The notes under the pieces are model-generated. The model was not told where the DNA came from. It worked only from the letters and a program-made list of their open reading frames with translations, and searched no databases. A stretch of DNA of 64,000 bases from the human T2T-CHM13v2.0 reference genome, Homo sapiens. The translations under genes were made by a program, and so were the position numbers. The stretch is from assembly GCF_009914755.1 (NCBI RefSeq), contig NC_060935.1. The stretch is one strand, 5' to 3'. This document shows positions 37,503-64,000 of this stretch, one piece after another (the stretch's first letter is position 1; every line of letters starts with the position of its first letter).

Positions 37503-38777
37503 GGTGGTGCATCTGACCCTATCCCAACATGCCTTAGGACGCTCATCTCCTTGACTGTCTGCCATCCCCTCCCAAAACTAAGTGGAGGCTCTGTCTTTTC
37601 CTCCTAGTTTGAGGTTCTCTTCTCCCAGTGTCTAAAATGATCAATATGCCTAGAGTAGATGCTGCTGAAGAGGCAAAGTAGTAATCCTGCCACCTGGAAG
37701 CAAAGGCTGTGGGTTGGAGGGGGAAGCGGGTGTGAGGGCTGATGATAAGCCCTAGGAGGCTCCTGAGTCATATTCCTATGTTTGCTCTCTGGAGAGATGG
37801 GCTAAACTGTTTATCTTTTAAAAACCAGATGATTAAAAAGTTACATTTTAGTATTATACTGATAGGAATATAGGATAATCTCTTCTAAAGCCTATTTGGT
37901 TTCCAGAAGAGTTAGATACTTGAACAAGAGTGGACAGAGTAAGATACCTAGCTACAGCAATAGAAATCACAAACTGTTCTGTGGTTTTAATCTTCCTATT
38001 TCTGATTTAGAAGTATGAAGTGATCATATTTAATCTTTCTGCTCCTGCTCAAAAATAATTCTATAACATCATTTAGGTTATAGAAAGTTTCTACTTATAG
38101 CCCTTACATTCTTTATGACCGAAATCTGTGTCTTTCCTCATGACTGATAATTATCTCCCAATTTGGTCACTTCTGCTAATTGCTATTTTATTAAACTTGA
38201 AATTTTAGGTTGGGAAGCAAAGGGAAACCACTGGGCATCCCCTTTGTTTCTAGGGAGAAAAGACTAACTTGTCCCATCTGCTCACTTGCTTATGGAGCTA
38301 AAAGACCCCCAGTCCTAGAAGTGTTCTGTTCCTGAGGAGTGGTTAAAGAGGTGAAAAGAAGAGGTGAATTAAAAGATGAAAGAGCTTTTTAAATAGCCAG
38401 CAACTCTCTCTACCATCTGTTTTGGTAAGAGCTAGCACCTCTTGTTCTCTTTAGACCCTGGAGGGAATAAACCAAAATCAGTGGTTCCAGGATCCTTCAG
38501 AGCCAAAAGACCCCAATACCACAGTCTTGACCTTTGCCCTGCCTGCTTCTGAAACTGGAGAATGGCATCTCCCAGCAGCCTAAGGCAGACATAGGTCATA
38601 CCTATCCCTGGGCAGCGAGCTGAGCTCCCACAGACTGAGTTGTGCTGGATCTCAGAATTCTAAGCATTAATGTTTCCTTGCTGTTATAATTCTTGCTCAT
38701 CAGGTTCAACTGCCTTATCCCTCTGAGGTTTGCAAATGAGGATGGAGAAGCCACTGAGAAATGGACCAGTGAGCTGA

Positions 38778-39086
<309 letters not shown>

Positions 39087-39327
39087 TAATTTACACCCCT
39101 GCCCCAACAGCTCCTTCCCTCCTAGGGACTTCTGTGTCCACCCCCCACTTTGGGTCTTAGAACTGTGGCTAGAAGATAAAAGGGAGGAGTTTGAGTCAGA
39201 GGCTTTATGTCCCCAAACCCAACCCCCTCTGAGTATTAAACTATAGTGGCATTGTCCCTCAAGCTCCCCTCTGCCTTGGCTCCAGAGTCTTCCTCCTCTT
39301 CTTCCAGACTGGGCAGGGTGGCTGTTG

Positions 39328-53846
<14,519 letters not shown>

Positions 53847-54729
53847 TGGCCGAGCCTCGTGGCGCGGGGAGCGAGATCCCGTCCCCCGGTGGGTCTTGGG
53901 CAACTCACAGCTGGGCTGCCAACACGCGCCCCCTCGCGGGCTCCCTAAAGGCGTCGCCGCCGGATTCGACTTCCTGACGTCAGGCGGGCATCGCGGCGTT
54001 GGCTCCCAGGGGGCGCCGCGGTAGGAACAGCGGTTCTAGTGCAGGCCCTGGGTGCGGGGCCGCGCTGCAGGAGTGGATGGACTGAGGGGCCAGGGCTGCG
54101 GGGTGGCCGCAGGAAGGGTGGGCGGGGCCGGGGTTGAGGTTTTTCCGTGCACGAGGCTGCCCGGGCGGTCGCGGACATCATCTTTAGGCTGTGGATGCCT
54201 TGGCCGGGGTCTCCAGACGCTGACCCTCCAGGGTTGGAAACTACTGCCTGCTTGCCACGTCGTGCCGCCAATTGTGCTGCCCGAAGTAGCAGCCTGAGAG
54301 CCCTTGAAAGTTGCAGTTATCTTGTGAACAGCATATTTACGGTCTCTTGGGCTTGGTGGTGGTTGGGGGAGGGCTGTTAATGCTTTAATTTGTTCAATGA
54401 AACATTTAAAATGCCCCACAATTTTTATAACCCTGTTTGCCTCTTTTTGTTTTTATTTTTATTGTATTTTGGAAAAATTCACTGGGATCCTTGAGTGATG
54501 ATCCTAGCGTCTCCTGACCCTTAGGTGTTTCACCTGAAAAGCCTGGGTCTTCAAGCTGAGGCATTTCTGTTCTAGCCTGGAGGCGCCTAGGAGCCCTGGG
54601 AGACTTTTTAAGCAGAGAGATTTGGCATTTAGATCTCTGGGTTTTAGAGGAGTGGGAACGCACCTAAAAGTGGGGTTGCCAGTTACAAAGCTGTTGCAGT
54701 CCTGAAGAGACCCAGAGTTTAGGTCCAAA

Positions 54730-54960
54730 ATTTTATTTATTCAACAAACACTTTATAAAGCACTTACTGTGTGCCAGGCACTGTTCTTAGCGTTTTGCAA
54801 ACCTTAACTCATTTAATTCTCCTAACAACCCTATGAGGTTGGAACAATTAACCTAATTTACAGTGAAGAAACTGAGCCCGGGGGAGGTTATTTTGTCACA
54901 CAGCTTGTAAGTGGAGGGCTGAGATTTGACCCTGGCCTGTGCTCTGAACTCTCAGGCTCT
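54730..54960. mobile_element. MIR/L2-like ancient fragment
   Basis: CACTTACTGTGTGCCAGGCACTG...AACTCATTTAATTCTCCTAACAACCCTATGAGG...AGAAACTGAG, MIR core-like. Confidence 0.6.
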
Positions 54961-55764
54961 GCCATATTTCTCATTACACTGGTATTTGGGCACTTCAAAG
55001 GGAAAGGAAACATAACTGTCCCAAGCACTGAGCTAGATTCTGAGCACGTAGGAGTCAGGAGAGGGTGATACAGAATAGACTAGGTGAAATATGGCTAGAT
55101 TTCTGGTAGAAAAGGATTAATTCATTCCATCCAAATTCTTCATTTTATAGATAAGAAAATTGAGGTTCGAAATGGGGAAGGGGCTTACCAAGTTCCCATA
55201 GGGAAGTTTAGATGTCCTGACTTCCAGGTAAGATGCCAGGCTATTGGACCCTGCTCAGGAATGATGGTCCACACAGCTGCACCTCTGTACAGCCAATATT
55301 CCTTTTTTAAAAACCTTGCCCAACAACTTGGCAGTGTCTAATGCGAGCTACAAAACATTTTCTATTCTTTGATCAAGCAGTTTCACTCTTGGTAAAGTAG
55401 GGGAGACTGTGCAAAGATGCAGAAATAGCCAATTTAATAGCAAAAACTGGAAATAAACCCGAGTCCTGACAATAAGAAAATCGCCAAGCTTATTGGGATC
55501 TGTTAACACAATGAAGAATTAAAGAATGATTTTAAATGGCTAGAATGTGAACTATATTGATAGATATAGAATCCTTCCCCGTGAAATAAGCAGAACCCAA
55601 AGTAGTATGGGTTCGCTGATTACAACTATATAAGAAATTCATGGGTATTAAATAACAGAAGAGAGGTCCTTTACATAAACCATTTTTCCTATGTGACTGT
55701 GCAGTGGGATAAAAGCTCTCATACTGCTGGTAGAAGTGTAAGTTGATTAAACTGGAAAAAATAG

Positions 55765-56090
<326 letters not shown>

Positions 56091-56210
56091 AGAATTTAGG
56101 AATGTTTTGAATACTGAAGAGATGAAAAAAAATAGAAAAATAAAAATGTTCCCAATAATTCCATGTTTAGGAATATAGCCTAAGGAAATGTTCTTAGAAA
56201 AATATTTATA

Positions 56211-56543
<333 letters not shown>

Positions 56544-56635
56544 CTAAATGCCCATCAGTGAAATATTTTGCAGACATTGAAAATAATGTCATCTTTCCTT
56601 TAATACAGAATCAAGGAAAAATGTTTTATGTAAAT

Positions 56636-56789
56636 CTTTTATTTTATTATACTTTAAGTTTTAAGGTACATATGCACAACATGGAGGTTTGTTACATATG
56701 TATACATGTGCCATGTTGGTGTGCTGCACCCATTAACTCGTCATTTAGCATTAGGTATATCTCCTAATGCTATCCCTCCCCCCTCCCCC
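56636..56789 (-). mobile_element. 5'-truncated L1PA 3' end
   Basis: TTATTATACTTTAAGTTTT...TTTGTTACATATGTATACATGTGCCATG...GCTATCCCTCCCCCCTCCCC, typical L1PA 3'UTR; flanking direct repeat GAATCAAGGAAAA (56608-56620 / 56790-56802). Confidence 0.88.
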
Positions 56790-56857
56790 GAATCAAGGAA
56801 AATTAAATAATATGATGTAAGTTTGGCTACAGAGATAACTGTTCTATAAAAAGACTA

Positions 56858-57080
56858 GGTTGGGCGCGGTGGCTCACACCTGTAATCCCAGCACTTTGGG
56901 AGGCAGAGGCAGGTGGACCACCTGAGGCCAGGAGCTCGAGACCCACCTGGCCAACATGGTGAAACTCTGTCTCTACTAAAATACAAAAATTAGTGCCTGT
57001 AATCCCAGCTACTTGGGAGGCTGAGTCAGGAGAATCACCTGGGCAACATGGTGAGACTGCACCTCAGAAAAAACCAAAAA
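56858..57080 (+). mobile_element. Alu with internal deletions
   Basis: Left arm plus partial right arm. Confidence 0.75.
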
Positions 57081-57534
57081 ACCCATACCACTTGTAAGAT
57101 AATTCCTTGATCAACCCCACCTACCTAGAACCATTCATTAAGTGTTTTATTTAACATTTGTGGGGTGTCTCCTCTTTGTATTCCCAGCACCTACTTTGGT
57201 AAGGTGCTGGGAATACAAAGTTCAGTACTATATGGGTCATGCCTAGTCATGTCTACTGGAGGAGAGAGACAAGTGAGTCACGGATTATAGGTCAGTAGGA
57301 TAGATGCAAATTAAATTCATCTTACTCAGGATTTAAACAGCTTATATGACATGACTTTGCATTCATGTTTCTTTGCTTTTCATGTGTTCTTAGGTCAGTG
57401 TCATGTATTTTGCTACCTCCCTAACGAGCTTATAATCCAGGATAGGGCTGTGGATTCTGTTTATACTACCAATACATATTCAGAGCACCTTGGTTTGGAG
57501 TTCTAGGTGGAATCCCACATAAATTTGCTGAATT

Positions 57535-57838
57535 GGCCGGGCGTGGCAGCTCATGCCTGTAATCCCTGCACTTTGGGAGGGTGAGGAGGGCGGATCACCT
57601 GAGGTCAGGAGCTCCAGACCCACTTGGCCAACACGGTGAAACCCTGTCTCTACTAAAATACAAAAATTAGCCGGGTGTGGTGGGGGGTGCCTGTAATCCC
57701 AGCTACTTTGTGGGGGTGAGGCAGGAGAATCGCTTGAACCCAGGAGGCAAAGGTTGCAGTGAGCCGAGATTGCACCACTGCACTCCAGCCTGGGTGACAG
57801 AGCCAGACTCTGTCTCTAAATAAATAAATAAATAAAAA
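57535..57838 (+). mobile_element. AluS with (TAAA)n tail
   Basis: TSD AAATTTGCTGAAT. Confidence 0.88.
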
Positions 57839-58154
57839 ATTTGCTGAATCAACTGATGATTTCAACCTGAAAAAATACAGGTGAGTAAGCCTATAGGCCA
57901 CTAGGCAAATGTCGTGTTGCCCTCTCATCTCCTTACCCACCTACACAGGTGGTCACACAGACTGCAATAAACCCATATCCAGGTCAACTAAAGGAAACCT
58001 TTGCCTTGCAGGCCCTGTTGATCCTAAGGGAACTTGCCTCATCCTGGATATGAATCACATACTTAATTTTAGGTTGCCACTTGTGAATACTAACTGTTCT
58101 GGCCAAATTAATCCTCAAGGAACAGAACGAAATGAGCTTAAGACCCTAATGCCA

Positions 58155-58312
58155 GGCCAGGCACAGTGACTCGTGCCTATAATCCCAGTGCTTTGGGAGG
58201 CTGAGGTGGGAGGATTACTTGAGCTCAGGAGTTGGAGACCAGCCTAGACAACATAGTGAGACCCCTTCCTAACTGTCCCACCATTTTCTCTCTAAAGAAA
58301 AGAAAAAAAAAG
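58155..58312 (+). mobile_element. FLAM / Alu monomer
   Basis: Monomer with A-rich tail; near-TSD AAGACC(C/T)TAATGCC. Confidence 0.75.
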
Positions 58313-58883
58313 ACCTTAATGCCGATTGTAATGAAGCCATAATTGAATAACCTAACTGCCAGTGGCTGTTGGAATAACCTGAATTGTGAGTTCAAATTTT
58401 GATCCATTTTAACAAAAGATCCTAAACATAATAGTTGGCCAATAGCCTGGATCCTTTACAAAGTCAACACATATAGGAGAAGCAATACCGGTTGTGCTCA
58501 GCCTCTGCTGCAGCCTCCCCTCAGTAGCAGCCCTTCAGGCCATTAAAGACCAAAACCATTTTTGAAAAATCTGGATTTCTGTGAAATTGGATAACTTATG
58601 GGGGTGCAGTGACTACAACACAGTAGGCACTAATAAAGTTGACAGAATCAGTCTTTGTTTTAAGAAAAGTCATCTGTAATAATTCTGCAGATTAATGTTA
58701 AGTAATATTAAAAATAATTTATGACATATAGTGCTTAAACTAAAGGGAGAATCCCAATCATACCTCTATTAGAGGCAGAGCGAGAGCTAGAAACAGGACT
58801 CTCATTTTGCTGCATTCTAAGAGTGTGGGAGATTGGGATGGGGCAGAGGCAGGCTCATGGAGGAATTCACGGGATTTCCTTAA

Positions 58884-59185
<302 letters not shown>

Positions 59186-60430
59186 CAGTCTTCTTATCAT
59201 TGTATAGAATATAGATGCCTTAGGGACAGATATATTAAACCCACTGTTTTATAGACAAGGTGACAGATCCAAAGAGCTGAAGCCACACATGAAATTTAGT
59301 ATATTTGGGGCTAGAATTTACCCCAGAACTTATTTATAACTTTTAGTTCCTCTCTACATGAGTTCCTTAGCAGTGAGTTCAATAAATGTTTTGGTATAAG
59401 GCCACCCTGGTTCAAAGAGGAGAAGGCTGTTGTCCTTGCTTCTCTGCGGTGCCTTCTTCCTCCCAGGCCCTCAGACCTGCCTCTATTAAGTGGGAGAAGG
59501 GAGGCCTGGGTAGGTAGGTCCCAGATCTTCAGATTGCCCGGGGAATGGGTCTGGAGTCCTCTAGGCGTTGTTGTAAGCATTTTGCTGGGCCTTTAATGTA
59601 ACTTTCCAGTACAAATGATCTCTCTTTAAAATAAAACAAAAAAGCTAAGCTTAAAATTTTATAATGAGAATATTTACTTCACTATAGTAAGTCATCATAT
59701 ATCTATAAACACACATATATATACTCCCAATATACTTAACTTTTTCCCTATTGTTGGACATTTGTGTAGAAGTTTCGCTTGTATAAATGTTGCGATGGAT
59801 ATTTTTGTATATAGATATTGGTTTCTATTTCTGAACATTTTCTTAGGATAAATTCTACATGTGTAATTAGTGGATCAGGTAATAACATTTTTAGTCTCTT
59901 GTCATTTGTTGCCAAATTACCAATTTACTGCTGAATTATTTCACAGGTATTCCTCGAGCACTTAGTATGCATTCCTTAGTTTTACTGCACTTCTTATCAC
60001 CAGAACAGGAAAGGAATGGTGTCCTACAGCTCCTTGACCAAGTACCTCTCCACCAATACTATGAGCACTAAAGATGCAGCAACGAAGCACTAGACTCTGG
60101 GATGTGAAGATCTCAAATTCTATTCTCTGTGCACTTCAGAGTTGGAGAAGGATCCATCAAGTTTCAGTAGAATGTACCAAGGAAGGGAGGCAATGTGGTA
60201 GAATGGAAAGAATAAGGATTGTAGTTGAGACACCTGCAACCTGGACCTGCTAGTCCACCTACTGCTGTGTAATCTTGGACATTATGTCCACCTCTATGGG
60301 TTTCGGATCCCTTATCTGTAAAGTGAAGAGATTGTCCAGATGCTTTCCAGCACTAGCAATCTGTGCTTTAAAGTTTTACCTAACATACCATACCTTTTAT
60401 CAATGTCCACCTAGAGATAATAACCCAGCT

Positions 60431-60733
<303 letters not shown>

Positions 60734-61012
60734 TAACCCAGTTTCTTAGATAGGGTCCCCAGCCTGTCATTTAAGGCATCTAAATTTGATGCACTTACTA
60801 AGTTGATGCCATTTTTGTTGTTGAAAATTATTCATTTTTTAAAAATAGTTATGACTTTCACCACATATTAATAAATCATTATCTAGTGAGCTTGGTTAAA
60901 GTTTGACCTCACCAATATTGCTAGTTAAGAAAATACATGTATGGCACTTTCACATACCTTGTGTCCTTTGAGCCTCGTTATTAAAATAGATGAGATAGGT
61001 TAGAAATCACTA

Positions 61013-61513
<501 letters not shown>

Positions 61514-61842
61514 CTAACATCACATGGTAGGTATGGGAAAGGAATACTGTAGCGGTCTGTAATTGCTTTTGGTTTGTGACTTCCCACAAAAAGGAACAGA
61601 CCCTGTTCCCCAAAGCCCAGGTCTGCTGCTTGGCTTATGACCTACACCTAATAGAGTAACTCAGCCGTCTGATAACAGTGGCCCAATGGTTAGCATCTGA
61701 TGCAGAGCCCATTAAACTGGAATTAATCCTTGGGAGCAGGGAATGGGGGAGAATTATTTCTGCTAGCGTAGCTTAGCAAATACAGCCATATTTTTTTGTC
61801 ACATGGAGGAGACCCTTCTGCAGTAAGAGAGAATCAGGTGTT

Positions 61843-62048
61843 GGCCGGGTGCAGTGGCTCACGCCTGTAATCCCAGCACTTTGGGAGGCTGAGGTGGGCA
61901 GATCACGAGGTCAGAAGATCGAGACCATCATGGCCAACATGGTGAAACCCCATCTCTACTAAAAATACAAAAATTATCTGGGCATGGTGCCACCCACCAC
62001 GGCCTCCTAAAGTGCTGGGATTATAGGCATAAGCCACTGCTCCCAGCC
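61843..62048. mobile_element. Chimeric Alu: sense left arm fused to an inverted Alu 5' end
   Basis: Starts GGCCGGGTGCAGTGGCTCACGCC and ends AAAGTGCTGGGATTATAGGCATAAGCCACTGCTCCCAGCC. Confidence 0.8.
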
Positions 62049-62267
62049 TAGGTGTTTCAAACATAACGTTAAAATAGAATTTTTAATTTTTCACCCCTGT
62101 ACTAACTCTGTTCCCTCATCTTGGTAAATGGTCCCATTATCTATTCATTTGCTCAACTCAAATGCTAGAATCAGACTTATTTCTCTTATTCCTTCATCTC
62201 TACCATCACCCCTGCCCCTGTACCTCCAACTAATGCGGTCTTGATTCTACCTCCAAAGGATATTCTA

Positions 62268-62934
<667 letters not shown>

Positions 62935-64000
62935 TCATCTTTGAACTCATCACTGTTCCCCAGTTTCTCCCGTACATCCCAGTCCAGCCCCAGCCTCTGG
63001 AGTTATCTTTCTACACCATGGATCTGATCACAGTACACCTGCTTTACGGATGTCCAAGCCTCCTCCATGGTAAAGTCCTCCCTTCCTACCCCTTACTGAG
63101 GCTGCTGGGGCTTTTCTCAATTTGAGCCCCATCTACCGCCGGCCTCATTGGAGCCATTCTTTGAACTTCATTCATTCATTTGTGTCTTCAACACATGTTT
63201 TTATGTTTTTTCAGGACCTACCCTGGCTGGTACTGTGCTGGGAGCCGCTGGGGACCCCAGGCCCTGGCCGGTCCACGCTTCTCAGCCACCCTACACAGGC
63301 CACCCATACGTGCTCCCTTTTAGGGCCTGAACCTTCAAAGCCTCTGTGAGATACTCCCTGGTTCTGCCTTTCAGCTATCACTCCCTGCTCCGAGCTCCAC
63401 ACCCTTTACAAATGTTCATTAAAGTTATCTATATGGTATGTTAATCCATTTCTGAGAAAATAATTTTCTTGGTTCCATTTCCGTCAACGTTTGACAGTCC
63501 TCAAGGCCACCATACTCTCTGGAGGTCTTGCTTCATCCTCTTATTTTGTACAGAAGGCTTTTGTTTGGGATGTCTGCTCACACTCAAAGACAGAGAGGCC
63601 TTACTGTCTTTATGTCTGCAGTCTGTGGAGTGAATGAAGGATGCTCAGGGCTGACACCAGCATGAAATGTGATGGGAGAGGTTGGGGACTGTGTGAATGT
63701 GAGGAAAGGGAGCCCATCTGCCCCCCCAAGTACAACCCCACCAGTTGGGCAGAGTGATCCCCCCACCACCCCTGCATTGCTGTGAAATTTAGATTGGGCA
63801 GGGCCCGTTTGACCATCTCTCTCAATCTCAGGCTCTCCATTTTCAAGTGAGATGTAATAATATGCGTCCTGTTTACCTCTCAGCCTGTGATGAGAATCTA
63901 ATGATTAGGGTGTGCTAGCACACAGGCACCTGTAAATCCCATTGAAATCTGAGGGCCCTATAACTCCTCTAGTGATTCCCAAGCCTCGTGCACCCCACCC

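Noticed and set aside
37178-37546. 122-aa minus-strand ORF with internal repeats in the FADS1 3'UTR; CRISPR-like look of the 32-bp repeat
   Set aside because: The ORF is the minisatellite plus Alu; repeats are contiguous with no unique spacers or cas genes, and the DNA is human

Overview
Human (primate) genomic DNA recognisable as the 11q12.2 FADS locus. Left to right: MYRF (+; coding exons 2-27 and 3'UTR, exon 1 upstream of the window), TMEM258 (-, complete, with a U12-type intron), MIR611 and a CpG-island bidirectional promoter, FEN1 (+, 380 aa CDS in one exon), FADS1 (-, 12 coding exons, 501 aa from the upstream ATG or 444 aa from MAPDP), MIR1908, two upstream alternative FADS2 first exons (+) overlapping the FADS1 5' end, then about 10 kb of repeat-rich sequence towards the main FADS2 promoter (not in the window). 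Exons were traced by hand from splice sites and frame, and the lengths close in frame. There are no prokaryotic features or CRISPR arrays, and most ORF-track entries are GC-rich or Alu noise. I found no wholly new gene. The best leads are regulatory: (i) an in-frame internal MYRF first exon (MDAPFG|); (ii) a young AluYb8 forming an inverted pair around the 61-nt FADS1 exon 6; (iii) two independently inserted, convergent LTR12 elements in FADS1 intron 1, the sense copy with a mutated poly(A) signal; (iv) a FADS2 exon antisense to FADS1 coding sequence; (v) a dense miR-199/miR-145 seed cluster after the MYRF stop; (vi) several perfect hairpins. Gene, isoform and SNP identities come from recall and should be confirmed against databases.
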